A DNA stretch of 64,000 nt from a candidate division FCPU426 bacterium (GTDB lineage: Bacteria; Oederibacteriota; Muellerivitia; Muellerivitales; Muellerivitaceae). The stretch covers positions 96,001 through 160,000 of the forward strand of contig CAWKAR010000013.1 of NCBI GenBank assembly GCA_963847625.1. The letters run 5' to 3'. Under the pieces are notes generated by a model. The model ran no database searches, had not been told where the DNA came from, and saw only the letters and a program-made list of their open reading frames with translations. Made by a program: the position numbers and the translations under genes. Numbering within the stretch: the first letter of the stretch is position 1; every line of letters begins with the position of its first letter. Shown here in pieces: positions 9,171 to 19,864 of the stretch.

Positions 9171-12100
9171 GGCGCCACCACGACTTTCTGCCAAACCGTG
9201 GACGTCCTGCCGCCGGCGTAAGTAAGCTTGAGCCGGACGAGGTAAAGGCCCGGTTGGAGGTCCTGGGTATCCCGGCAAGCGGCCGTCCCGCCCGTGAAAT
9301 CCTGGTGGGCTACGGACTCTCCGACGGTGTTGAAAAAGTCCCATTGGCTGGAAAGAAGGGGTGAATCGGGATAAAGGCAAAGGTCCTGCCCGCGGGACAC
9401 GGGCACCGGCGCTAAGACCGCCTTGCCCAGGCCGGACAAAGCCTGCGTCAACGTGGAAGTTGCCGTTTCGGTGGGGCTTGGTGTGGCGGTATAGGTTGAA
9501 GTTTGGGTGGGTGTGCCGGTTGGCGTATTGGTTGCGGTTGATGTAGCCGTGGGTGTAAACGTCGGGGTAAAAGTATTGGTGGGTGTGGCCGTAGGGGTGT
9601 TGGTCTGTGTATTGGTTGGGGTATTGGTTGCGGTTGAAGTTGTTGTCGGTGTAAAGGTCGGGATAAAAGTATCGGTTGGGGTGGCGGTTGGCGTGTCGGT
9701 CGGCGTATCCGTCGGAGTCAAGGTGGGAGTATTGGTTGGAGTATCAGTAGGCGTAAAAGTGGGGGTGTCGGTATTGGTGTTCGTGGGTGTATTCGTGGCG
9801 GAATTAGTCGGCGTGGGGGTTGACGTAGCAGTACTGGTTGGCGTATCCGTCGGCGTATCCGTCGGTGTGCTGGTAGAGGTTGGAGTTGGCGTATTCGTAG
9901 GCGTATTGGTTATTGTTGGCGTGGCCGTGTTGGTCGGTGTGTTCGTCGGCGTAAAGGTAGATGTACTGGTTCCCGTGGAAGTGGGAGTGGGGGTTGGGAA
10001 AAATAACCTACAAACAAAAGCGTCCTCACTCCCCCCGCCATTAGCCGTCTGATAGGCACCGTTGGTCGTGGGAAAATTGGTGGCAGTAGTTCCACCCGTC
10101 ACATAAACCTTCCCCGATCCATCTAGTGCGATGCCATAGGGCGTATCCGCGGTGCCCAGGTAGGTGGAATAGGCCAGGGCGCTACCTGACACATTCAGTT
10201 TTGTCACGAAAACACCCCCGGTAGCCGTCTGATAGGCCCCGCTGGTTATAGGAAAATTACCACCGGTGTTTCCCGTCACATAAGCGTTTCCCAGCCCATC
10301 CACCGTGATTCCTCTGCCATAAGCCGTAGTACCGCTCCCCCCCAGGAAGGTTGAATAAACCAGATCGCTCACACCACCACCGGCTGGATTAAGTTTCGCC
10401 ACAAAAGCGTCAGTGCCGCTGGGACAAACCGACTGAAAGGCCCCGCTGGTCGTAGGAAAACCACATGAAGTATCGCCTGTCACATAAACGTTCCCCAATC
10501 CATCCACCGCGATGGCTTTGCCAAAGTCGGCATTAATCCCTCCCAGATAGGTCGAGTAGATCAAATCGCTCGCTCCGCTGCCCGCCGGATTCAGTTTCGC
10601 CATAAAAGCGTCATCGCCGCCACCGTGGTTAACCGTTTGATAGGCTCCACTGGTTTTGGGAAAATCCGTTGAAGATGTATATCCAGTCACATACGCGTTC
10701 CCAGAACCATCCAAAGCGATGGCATAGCCATAATCTGTCCCAGTCCCGCCTAGATCGGTCGAGTAGACCAGGTCGCTCGCTCCGCCACCCGCCGGATTCA
10801 GTTTCGCCACAAAAACGTTTCGCAAACCGTGATTAACCGTTTGATAGGCACCAGTGGTCGTGGGAAAAATTCCCCCAGAATCGCCAACCAAATAAGCATT
10901 TCCCGAGCTATCGACCGCAATACCCCTGCCCAGATTAGTTCCGTTCGCGCCCAGATAAGTCGAATAGACCAGCGATCCAGAGGAATTCAGCTTCGCCATA
11001 AAAGCGTCATCAGTGCCGCCGAAAGTTGACTGATAGGCCCCACTGGTAGTAGGAAAATTTGTTGATACGGTATCGCCCGTCACATAAGCGTTCCCCGATC
11101 CATCCACAGCGATGCCATAGCCATAATCATCACCGCTACCGCCCAGATAAGTCGCGTAGACTAAATCGCTCGCTCCGCCGCCCGCCGGATTCAATTTCGC
11201 CACAAAAACGTCATAAGCGCCGCCGAAAACCGTCTGAGAGGCCCCGCTGGTCATGGGAAAATTCGTTGAAGAAGTATTGCCGATAACATAAATGTTCCCT
11301 GACCCATCCACCGTGATTCCATTGCCGATATCTGCTCCGCTCCCGCCCAGGTAGGTCGAATAATCCAGGAACGGGTCGATCACCAGGGGTATAGCCTTGT
11401 CATAGGAGCCCACCTCAAAGCAGATGCGTTGGTCATGGCCCATCACGTACCGGCCTTCCACCTTGGTTTTAACTATTGTCCATTTTCCATTCTCGATTCC
11501 CTTTCGTTCCTGGTACATCACCGGCGCCTTAAAGGCCACATCACCTTGTGCCATCCGGAAAACCAGGTTTCCGTTTCCATCCAATTGGGCTCTTGCCGCG
11601 CCCTCGCAGGTGAGCCCGATCATTTTGGGGTCCGCCCCGGGCGCCACCACGAAGTCGTACTCCAACTTTCTTTGGTTGCCGTAATACACCATGTCAATTC
11701 CGGGATAAACTTGTTTCATCCTCACTTTGGCGTATTGGGCCACGCCGGTGCGCCACTTGGAAGAATTGTTGCCAAGGAAATAACTGCTTTCGCCTTCCGC
11801 TTTTTCCATCCCCTGGAAAACTGCCTTGCGGTTGCCGCCGGCCAGTCTCAAGCGCAAAACCTCAGGCCTCTCCAATGGATGTGCGCAATGAGAGGCTTCG
11901 GGTTTTCTAATTTTCTCCCGGATCTTGGATTCGCGCCGGTTCATCACGAAAACCGCTTCGGCGGGCGTAATAAAGAGGGTATAGCCGCTTCCCCTGGAAA
12001 TGAATTTGACTTGGGGATCAGCCTGTCCTGAGCCCGTCGAACGGATTTGGCCCACATTGGGCTCGAACCAAAGGGGAAGATTGACATAGGATTGAAAAAA

Positions 12101-12235
12101 TCCGGCCTTGGCTTTTTCTTGAAGGGGGGGGGCAAGATTGGCTGGCTTCGGCGTAACCGCCTTAAAGCCGATTGAGGCGTACATCAAGAACGAAAAAAAT
12201 ATGATCCCAAACCTGGAAATTATTTTCATATTCAT
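9167..12235 (-). CDS. Secreted SBBP beta-propeller repeat protein with long Thr/Pro linker and C-terminal sorting-like domain
   Basis: FEPNVGQ / YPGID / LEYDF N-terminal domain, about 8 '[21 protein letters not shown]' repeats, ~180 aa T/P tract, C-terminus 'PVP...PGLYLVRL...KVVVAP'. Confidence 0.85.
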   Translation of the reverse strand: MNMKIISRFGIIFFSFLMYASIGFKAVTPKPANLAPPLQEKAKAGFFQSYVNLPLWFEPNVGQIRSTGSGQADPQVKFISRGSGYTLFITPAEAVFVMNRRESKIREKIRKPEASHCAHPLERPEVLRLRLAGGNRKAVFQGMEKAEGESSYFLGNNSSKWRTGVAQYAKVRMKQVYPGIDMVYYGNQRKLEYDFVVAPGADPKMIGLTCEGAARAQLDGNGNLVFRMAQGDVAFKAPVMYQERKGIENGKWTIVKTKVEGRYVMGHDQRICFEVGSYDKAIPLVIDPFLDYSTYLGGSGADIGNGITVDGSGNIYVIGNTSSTNFPMTSGASQTVFGGAYDVFVAKLNPAGGGASDLVYATYLGGSGDDYGYGIAVDGSGNAYVTGDTVSTNFPTTSGAYQSTFGGTDDAFMAKLNSSGSLVYSTYLGANGTNLGRGIAVDSSGNAYLVGDSGGIFPTTTGAYQTVNHGLRNVFVAKLNPAGGGASDLVYSTDLGGTGTDYGYAIALDGSGNAYVTGYTSSTDFPKTSGAYQTVNHGGGDDAFMAKLNPAGSGASDLIYSTYLGGINADFGKAIAVDGLGNVYVTGDTSCGFPTTSGAFQSVCPSGTDAFVAKLNPAGGGVSDLVYSTFLGGSGTTAYGRGITVDGLGNAYVTGNTGGNFPITSGAYQTATGGVFVTKLNVSGSALAYSTYLGTADTPYGIALDGSGKVYVTGGTTATNFPTTNGAYQTANGGGSEDAFVCRLFFPTPTPTSTGTSTSTFTPTNTPTNTATPTITNTPTNTPTPTSTSTPTDTPTDTPTSTATSTPTPTNSATNTPTNTNTDTPTFTPTDTPTNTPTLTPTDTPTDTPTATPTDTFIPTFTPTTTSTATNTPTNTQTNTPTATPTNTFTPTFTPTATSTATNTPTGTPTQTSTYTATPSPTETATSTLTQALSGLGKAVLAPVPVSRGQDLCLYPDSPLLSSQWDFFNTVGESVAHQDFTGGTAACRDTQDLQPGLYLVRLKLTYAGGRTSTVWQKVVVAP

Positions 12236-12506
12236 ATTCGCCCTCTCATTTACAGTCATAAGATCTATCAAACAGAAATAAGTTCTCCGGCAAACACTAA
12301 AAAATTTAGTTTCTCCGGATATTAAACGCGGCAACATTTAATAACAGGTCAATTAACCATTCAACATAAATACACAACAATTTTCCATTAATAGGTTCCG
12401 GGGTGTTAATCGGTTTACAAATAACGTATGGGACCAGAAAAAGATAAGGTAAAAACTTAAATCAACTTTTTTAGTTCCCTGGCGGCCCATCCATCAGAAA
12501 CTCATT

Positions 12507-12740
12507 GGGGAGGGGATCACGGTGGACACGCATGTCATCCGGCTTTCCAACCGGCTGGGATTCACCAAGCACCAGGACGCCGTCAAAATCGAGGTGGATT
12601 TGATGAAGGCGATTCCGAAGGAAGAATGGACCCCTTTTTCACACCGGCTGATCCAACACGGCCGGAAGGTCTGCGACGCCCGCAAACCCTTGTGCGCGGT
12701 ATGCACCCTGAATCAGTGGTGCCCCTCCGCCCCAAAATAA
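12507..12740 (+). pseudogene. Second duplicated 3' third of nth
   Basis: EGITVDTHVIRLSNRLGFTKHQDAVKIEVDLMKAIPKEEW...CPSAPK*, near-identical to 6250-6480. Confidence 0.92.
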
Positions 12741-13144
12741 TAATTTTTGGCGAATATCCCTTTGAAATAAGTAAACAAGAAAATTAGATTCGATAGTCAA
12801 ACCATTTAACCGCCGATAACGGCCGATTGACGCCGATATCGGCTTATAGTTCAAAGCGTTTTCAAACTTATCGGCGTCCATCGGATTTGATCGGCGGTTT
12901 AACCTTATTTAATTACTTATCTAAAGGGGATAATCGCTTAATTTTTGGCGAATATCCCTTTGAAATAAGTAAACAAGAAAATTAGATTCGATAGTCAAAC
13001 CATTTAACCGCCGATAACGGCCGATTGACGCCGATATCGGCTTATAGTTCAAAGCGTTTTCAAACTTATCGGCGTCCATCGGATTTGATCGGCGGTTTAA
13101 CCTTATTTAATTACTTATCTAAAGGGGATAATCGCTTAATTTTT
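12741..13144. repeat. Two tandem 198 bp copies, each containing a family-B inverted-repeat element inside outer TATCCCTTT...AAAGGGATA repeats
   Basis: Copies start at 12741 and 12939; the only difference I noticed is one G in a homopolymer. Confidence 0.92.
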
Positions 13145-13169
13145 GAAGAAACTCCCTAAAAAGAAGTGC

Positions 13170-13274
13170 GGTTGGCGGGAAAACAGAAAAAGCGGCCGGC
13201 GGGGATGAATAAGCGGTTTCAATGGTCGCGGCATTTGGAAAATATTAATAAATGATGATTGACCCCATTTACAC
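13170..13274. repeat. Direct repeat, partner at 17301-17410
   Basis: Shared ATGAATAAGCGGTTTCAATGGTCGCGGCATTTGGAAA and downstream TGACCC(C/T)ATTTACACT. Confidence 0.85.
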
Positions 13275-13317
13275 TAATTAGGCTTTTTTCTTCATCCTTC
13301 ACTTCTCAACTTTCACC

Positions 13318-13370
13318 TGTCCACCCTCACTGATCCTCTTTGCGGTAAGAGGATCTCCCCATCGTGGACA
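13318..13370 (-). repeat. TGTCCAC...GTGGACA bubble-hairpin site (family C)
   Basis: 7 bp outer stem, internal loop, 9 bp inner stem GATCCTCTT/AAGAGGATC; near-identical copy at 16721-16772. Confidence 0.85.
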
Positions 13371-13422
13371 GCTAACAACTCTGAAATTGCCTATAAAGAT
13401 CGAATAATTCCGGGTTTTCAAT

Positions 13423-16400
13423 TTACCGGCCGGAGATCTTGGCTTCTTCCGATTCAACACTCGCCAAGCGCGCCGCATGCGCCTTCTTTTTCTCGAACCG
13501 CGCCATCACGCTGTAAAAGCACGGCACCACATAAAGCGTGAGCAGGGTCGAAAAGACCACGCCGCCGATGACCGCGATGGCCATGGGGTTGCGGCTTTCC
13601 GCGTCCGGGCCCAAGGCCAGGGCGGCGGGAACGGCGCCCGCGATGGTGGCCACCGAGGTCATCAGGATGGGCCGCAAGGCGGATGGGACAGGCCGTCAGG
13701 AGGGCCTTGCGGACGGATTCCTCCCCCTTTTCCCGTACCTGGTTCGTGAAATCCACCAGCAGGATCGAGTTCTTCTTGACGATCCCCATGAGCAGGATCA
13801 GGCCGATGACGCTGTAGATGTTGATGGACTGGTGGGTGGCCAACAGGGCCATGAGCGCGCCGGAGACGCTGAAAAGGGAAGGGCCATGAGCACCGAGAGC
13901 GGGTCGATGAAGCTGTTGAACTGGCGAAGCCAGCACCATGTAGGCCACGACGATGCCGAGCATCAGCACCCAGAAGAGGCTCTGGAGGGACTCGGTGAAT
14001 GTCTGCGAGCTCCCGGTCAGGGTGATGTGATAGTCCGGCGGCAGGATGCGCTTGGCGATGTCCTGGGCGGCCTGCAGGGCCTTTTGCTGGGACTCCCCCG
14101 CCTTGACGTTGGCGTAAACCGTGATGGACCGTTCCCGGTTGCTGCGCCAGATCGCCACCATGGACTGCTTATTCCTCCATGGTGACCAGGTCGGAAAGGG
14201 GGACCAGTTCGCCCCGGTTGTTCCGCACAAACAGGCTGTTCACCTTGGTGCGCGGGTCTTCGTTGCTCTCTTCCAGTTTCAGGCGGATGTCGTAACGGTG
14301 GCCGCCTTTCTCATAGGTGCCGACCAGGACGCCGCCGATCATGGCCTCCATGATCTGGGAGATGCTGGCGATGCTCACCCCGCGTTCGGACGCCTTTTTG
14401 CGGTCGGGCACCACGTGCAGTTCGGGCTGGCCCAGGGCATAATTGGTGTCCAGGTCGGTGACCAGGCCGGTCTTTTCCAGCTCCGTCCATTATTTGTTTG
14501 CGAATAATCCGCCAGCTTGTCCCAATCCGGCCCCTGGACCGTGAACTCCACCGGGAAACCCCGGGAGGCGGTAAAAGCCTTGGTGGAAAGGTCCTGGATC
14601 ACCGCGCTGCACGTCGGGGATCTTGTTGAACTGCTTCCGGCAGACGCCCATGAATTCCTGCTGGCTCAGTTCGTGCCCCACGGTCGGATCGATTCCCGCG
14701 CTTGCCCCGGTCCTTCATCGTGACCAGCACGAACCGCTGTTGGAGTCGCCGGGAGAACCTCCCCCGACCTGCAGGACGTAGCGGTCCACCTCGGGCTTCG
14801 GGACGCGAGGAATTTCTCGACCTCGCTGAATTTCTGGTCCGAATAGGTCAGGCGCCGAGCCAACCGGGGTCTTGAGCCGGACATTGAACCGGCTCTGGTC
14901 CTCGGGAGGGATGAATTCCTTGTTGAGACACCAAAAAGCCGAGAAGCTCAAGGCGAAGAGCGATCAGCGCCGCGACGAATCACCTTCCAGCGGTGGTTCA
15001 AGGCCGTCGCCAAGCGACTCCGCGTAAAACATCGCTCGTCTTGTCCATGAGCCATTCCATCCCCTTGCCGAACCGGGTCGTCCGTTTTCCGATATCCACG
15101 AACTGCGAACAGCGCATGGGGGTCAGGGTCAGGGCTTCCAGAAGGGACAGCAGCACGGCCACCGTGATGGTCACCCCGAACTGGAAGAAGAATTTCCCGA
15201 TCACGCCGCTCATGAAGGCCACCGGCAGGAAGATCGCCACGATGGAGATGGTGGCGGCCATGGCGGCGAAGGTGATTTCCCTGGACCCGGCCAGGGCCGC
15301 CAGGATCCTGTTCTTGCCCTTTTCCTGGTGGCGGATGATGTTTTCCAGCACCATGATGGCGTCATCCACCACGATGCCGATGGAAAGGCTGAGGCCCAGC
15401 AGGGTAAAGGTGTTCAGGGTGAACCCGGCGAAATAGAGCACGATGAAGGTGCCGACGACCGAGGTCGGGATCGCCAGCAGAACGTTCAGGGTGGATGTCC
15501 AGGAACCCAGGAACATCCAGCAGACCAGCGCGGTCAAAAGGGCCGAGAGCAGCAGCGTGAAGTTCCAGCTCGTGGACCGCTTGTTCGATATAGCGGGTGC
15601 TGTCGAAGTTGACAGCTCAGCTTCATGCCCTCGGGCAAGCCCTTTCTGGACCTCCGCGACCTTGGCCCGGACGGCTTTGGCCACCGCGACGGCGTTGGAC
15701 CCGCGCTGCTTGAGGATGTTCAGCGCGACGCCAGGGGTCCCCATGGCGCGGCTGATCCTCAAGGCGTCGGCCATGCCTTCCTCGATCCGCGCGACTTGAT
15801 TCAGGTGGATGCGGGATATAGTTCGGCTGCCCGCCGCGCTGGTTGATGACCAGGTCGCCGAATTCCTCGATGGTTTTGGCTTCGCCCATGGTCCGGACAT
15901 TCAATTGCCGCTTTCCCTCCTCCAACTGGCCCGCGGGGGATTCCAGGTGCTCGTTCTGGATCGTGTTGATGACGTCATTGACCGAAAGCGCGTAGCGGTT
16001 GAGCGCCTTGCTCATCCACCCAGATGCGCAGGTTGGGGTCGCGGTAACCGCCCAGGGTAATGTCGCCGACTCCCGCCACCGTGGAGAACTGGTCCTTGAT
16101 GCGGTCATTGCGTAAGGACATCAGGTCCTTGAGGGGATACTTATCGCTCTCCAGGGTCAGCAGCATGATCGGCTGGTCCTCGGGATTGGATTTGCGGATG
16201 GTCGGCGAGGTGATTTCCTTGGGAAGTTTCTGCAGGACGGAGGCGACTTTGGCCTGGACGTCCTGGACCGCGAGGTCGATATCGCGGTTGAGCTCGAATT
16301 CGATCGTCACGGTTCCTTCGCTGTCTTCCGACTCGGAGGTGACGCTGCGGATGCTCTGGATGCTCATCACCGCGTCCTCGACGATATCGACGATGGAGGT

Positions 16401-16580
16401 TTCGATGACCTCCGGGGCCGCCCCTTCCAGGCGGATATTGACGGAAACCACGGGATAGTCCACGTCCGGAAGCTGGCTGATCCCCATGCGCATGAAGGAG
16501 ATCCCGCCGAATACGATGAGCCCGGCCATGAGCATCCAGGCAAAGACGGGCCGTTTGATGGAAATTTCGGAAAGATTCAA
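13423..16580 (-). pseudogene. AcrB/AcrD/AcrF-family RND efflux permease, multiply frameshifted (true pseudogene or sequence errors)
   Basis: MNLSEISIKRPVFA, GIVVDDAIMVLENI, GIVKKNSILLVD, RPILMT motifs spread over about 10 ORF pieces in shifting frames. Confidence 0.9.
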
Positions 16581-16720
16581 GGTTTACCCCAATAGGTTTT
16601 GGACGGAAAATCATAACATAATGGAGCGGATTTGATTCGAACCATCGGCACTATAGATTGGATTATGGAATCAGGCTTTTGGGGGAGACAGGCCAAAGAC
16701 GGAAAACCTTAAAAAGGATC

Positions 16721-16772
16721 GTCCAACCTCACTGATCCTCTTTGCGGTAAGAGGATCTCCCCATCTTGGACA
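16721..16772 (-). repeat. Family C hairpin site
   Basis: Starts 2 nt after the dinB-family stop codon; direct repeat of 13318-13370. Confidence 0.85.
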
Positions 16773-16774
16773 AA

Positions 16775-17230
16775 TTATTCCCGGACATACAATATGAAAT
16801 CGGTGGCCGGGGGGGTTCCGCCTGATTTCTTAATCAAACTTGCGATCTGCCCCCTGTGGTAGGGGCCGTGAGTGACCGAATGAGTCAATATGTCGGAAAG
16901 AAGGGTTTCATGATCCGCGCCTTTGAAGTCCTTATAGGCGATCTTTTCCGATAGTTTCCCCTCCGACAGGCCGACAAAAAAGGTTTGGAATTTCGACTTT
17001 ATTTCCCCGCTCAATTTTCGGCATTCCGGGGCGGATAGCGCCTGATTCGCGGGCGGAACGAAACCAACGGAAGGTAACCGCGATAGCCAAACAGCCTTGG
17101 CTATAAGAATATTGCCCAATTTCTTAAGGGCCTCCTCAGGCGGCGAAGGCATCGATTCCAAGGCACCTAAAATCTTTTCATTGGCCCAATCATCGTATTC
17201 GAATAACTTTTTAAAATAGGCGGTATCCAT
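16775..17230 (-). CDS. DinB family protein
   Basis: 'LFEYDDWAN', 'DILTHSVTHGPYHRGQIA', 'PPATDF' pattern. Confidence 0.85.
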   Translation of the reverse strand: MDTAYFKKLFEYDDWANEKILGALESMPSPPEEALKKLGNILIAKAVWLSRLPSVGFVPPANQALSAPECRKLSGEIKSKFQTFFVGLSEGKLSEKIAYKDFKGADHETLLSDILTHSVTHGPYHRGQIASLIKKSGGTPPATDFILYVRE

Positions 17231-17477
17231 GTTTTTTGCCTTTTTGAGAATGTTTCTTTTTAAAGAGGTTACCAACCATTATTTTACCGTTTTAAGAAAA
17301 ATGGCGGGAATTCTTTGAAAATCCGGCCCCGACCGGCGGAAATGAATAAGCGGTTTCAATGGTCGCGGCATTTGGAAAATTAATAATTGTTAACTGACCC
17401 TATTTACACTTGCTGATTTTCTTTTTTCAGGCCTGACCCCGCGCATGACCCCGCGCACGTCATGGACAGTAAGCCCT

Positions 17478-17681
17478 TCATGCTCCCATTTTATTTGCGA
17501 TCAGGATAATGACTGCGAGTAAGGCGAGAATCGAGAGACCAATCCAGCCCAAGTCAAAATAAAATATTCCAATGAGATCGAGGATTCCGATGAAAAGAAT
17601 TGTGTATGGTAGTTTTCTACTACCGTTTATGAAACTAAGCGAGACCCCAATCAACCAAGCGGCTATTGCGAACCAAATCAT
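17478..17681 (-). CDS. Small hydrophobic hypothetical protein
   Basis: MIWFAIAAW...; GGGGAGG ribosome-binding site supplied by the family C half-site at 17691-17706. Confidence 0.55.
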   Translation of the reverse strand: MIWFAIAAWLIGVSLSFINGSRKLPYTILFIGILDLIGIFYFDLGWIGLSILALLAVIILIANKMGA

Positions 17682-17709
17682 TTGTATTGCCTCCCCATCG
17701 TGGACAATT

Positions 17710-17964
17710 TTATTTCTGTAAAAAAATGGAATCCTTGCGCTTTTGAATGAACCGCTCGACCACAAACTTTATAGAGAAAGAAACGATAGAGCTCACGATG
17801 AAGCACAGCAAGATTTCCGCCAAAAGGGCCAATGAGTGGTAGTGGATAGGAAAAACCATACCGTCCAAGGCCCAAAAAACAATGACGAAAACAAGGAAGA
17901 AAGAGAAACAGAACAACCGGTGATTGTACTTGAAATCCAGTGGAACCCCTCCGCCTCCCGGCAT
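17710..17964 (-). CDS. Small membrane hypothetical protein
   Basis: MPGGGGVPLDFKYNHRLF..., two TM segments; GGGAGG ribosome-binding site from the half-site at 17971-17986. Confidence 0.5.
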   Translation of the reverse strand: MPGGGGVPLDFKYNHRLFCFSFFLVFVIVFWALDGMVFPIHYHSLALLAEILLCFIVSSIVSFSIKFVVERFIQKRKDSIFLQK

Positions 17965-18039
17965 TTTTCCCTCCCTATCGTAGACAGCCCTAACCCACAT
18001 CAAAAAAATCGGGTCCAGGGCCCCATTGTCCATTTTCCT

Positions 18040-18091
18040 TGTCCACGATCCCTGCAACAAGCCGGGGGCTTGATGCTCCCCGTCGTGGACA
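18040..18091 (-). repeat. Family C hairpin site
   Basis: TGTCCACGA/TCGTGGACA outer stem, inner GCAACAAGC-CGGGG-GCTTGATGC. Confidence 0.85.
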
Positions 18092-18109
18092 GCCTCCAAA
18101 CATACTTTC

Positions 18110-19774
18110 CTAGGGTTTGACGGAATATTTTTGCTGGTTCGCCGGCACGTACCAACGTTCAGGATGAAAACCGATGCCGTTGCGGTTGGCCAAAAGCCCC
18201 TTGAAACGCTTATGTACCGCCGGCAGGGCGTGACGAGCGAAAAGGAAGGTAGCCGCCACGTCATCCGCCATGATCTTGTGGATGCGGTGATAAATCTTGG
18301 CCCTTTTGGCAAGGTCCAGTGTCTCCTGCCCCTGCACCAACAGGCGGTCCACGGTTTTATTCTGGTAGCACACCCAGTTGAACTGGTGCTCGCCCATCTG
18401 GGAGGAATGCCAAGAATCGTAACAGTCGGGTTCGGGGCTGCCTATATATCCCATCACCATGGCGTCGTATTTGCGTTTATTGATGTATTCGTTCACCATG
18501 GTCGTCCATTCCATGACTTGCGGCTGGCAGTCGATCCCGACCTGTTTCAACTCCTGTTTCACGATGGCCGCGATGCGTTCATAGCAGACATCGCCCTGGA
18601 TGGTGAGCAGCTTGAAGGCAAAGGGGGTGTCTTTACCGTTAATCGTCGTATGAAGAAGCCCATCCGCCCCGGGCTTCCAACCGGCCTTTTTCAGCAGGGC
18701 CTTGGCCTCCTCGGGGTCGAAAGGTAGCTGTTTCACATCCTTGTTATAGGCCCAGGATTGGGGCAAGAAGGGCCCCGTAGTGAGGTTTCCCAGGCCGTAA
18801 ACCACGTTCTGGAGGAGGGCCTGGCGGTCGATAGCCATCGTAAGGGCCCGGCGGACCTGGACGTCCTTGAAAAGAGGGTTGCCCAAGTTCCAACCGATAA
18901 ATTCGTAAAGAAACTGGTCCGTCTGGTACTTGTTGTAATAGTCGGTGAACTTGGGCGTATCGGCATCGCGGGCGTATTGATCGGGCGTCAGACCTAAAAA
19001 GCCCCAGGCCCCCATGGCGTCGATTTCACCCTTCAGGAGGCTCAAGAAAATCGAGGACTGGTCAGGAATGATTCGTAGGACGTAACGGCGGATATGCGGC
19101 TTTCCCTCCCAATAATCGGGATTGGCTTCCAACACGATCTGCTGGGCTTTCTTCCATTCCACGATCTTATAGGGACCGGTGCCGATGGGGTGCCGGTTGA
19201 AATCGCACTTGTTGAAATCCTTTCGGAGCTGACCGTCCTTGTCAACCAGGAGGTGCTTGGGGAGTATGGCCCAAAAGTTATTGGCCAGCGCCGGCGCGAA
19301 GGCCTTTTTATAGATCACTTTGACCTTGTAGGGGCTCATGATCTCGACGTTCTGGATGTACCGGTAATCGGCGGCCCCAGGCGAGTTGACCGACGGGTCA
19401 GCGGTGGCCTTCCAGGTAAAGACCACGTCCTCGGCGGTCATTTCCACCCCGTCGTGGAATTTGACGCCCTTGCGCAAGTAAAAAGTGATGACCTTGCCGT
19501 CCTTGGAGACGGTCCATTTTTTGGCCAGGCAGGGTTCCAGTTCATTGTTTTCGTTGAAGCGCAGGAGGCCGTTGAAAACGAGGTTGTCGAGGTACCCTTC
19601 GGTGGCTTCTTCCGTCAGAACGGGATTCAGGGTTTTGGCATCCATGTTGGTGGCCTCAATGAGGGTGTCCCCATCGGCTACGGGGCCGTCCTGGGAATAG
19701 ATTTTGGGGTCTTTCTTACCAAAGCCGGCTGCCAGGAATAGAACCAGAATGAAAAATATTGATTTGCGAAACAT
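18110..19774 (-). CDS. Peptide ABC transporter substrate-binding protein (family 5, AppA-like)
   Basis: 'LRKGVKFHDG..MTAEDVVFT', 'PIGTGPYK', 'VRRALTMAIDR'. Confidence 0.92.
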   Translation of the reverse strand: MFRKSIFFILVLFLAAGFGKKDPKIYSQDGPVADGDTLIEATNMDAKTLNPVLTEEATEGYLDNLVFNGLLRFNENNELEPCLAKKWTVSKDGKVITFYLRKGVKFHDGVEMTAEDVVFTWKATADPSVNSPGAADYRYIQNVEIMSPYKVKVIYKKAFAPALANNFWAILPKHLLVDKDGQLRKDFNKCDFNRHPIGTGPYKIVEWKKAQQIVLEANPDYWEGKPHIRRYVLRIIPDQSSIFLSLLKGEIDAMGAWGFLGLTPDQYARDADTPKFTDYYNKYQTDQFLYEFIGWNLGNPLFKDVQVRRALTMAIDRQALLQNVVYGLGNLTTGPFLPQSWAYNKDVKQLPFDPEEAKALLKKAGWKPGADGLLHTTINGKDTPFAFKLLTIQGDVCYERIAAIVKQELKQVGIDCQPQVMEWTTMVNEYINKRKYDAMVMGYIGSPEPDCYDSWHSSQMGEHQFNWVCYQNKTVDRLLVQGQETLDLAKRAKIYHRIHKIMADDVAATFLFARHALPAVHKRFKGLLANRNGIGFHPERWYVPANQQKYSVKP

Positions 19775-19864
19775 AAAACCCCCTTTTTACTTTTATTTCA
19801 ACACAATATGATTTGTTGTACATTTTATTATATCTACCACGGACGCCCCGAAAAGCAAAAAACC

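Noticed and set aside
9507..10052. Val/Gly-rich 181 aa ORF
   Set aside because: Antisense shadow of the Thr/Pro linker of the SBBP protein
6250..12740. Diversity-generating retroelement TR/VR pair (nth or OMP repeats)
   Set aside because: No reverse transcriptase, and differences between copies are not adenine-specific (many synonymous C/T/G changes)
16620..16650. tRNA 3' fragment on the minus strand (GGTTCGAATC...CTCCA)
   Set aside because: The T-stem does not pair and no acceptor or anticodon arms are recognisable
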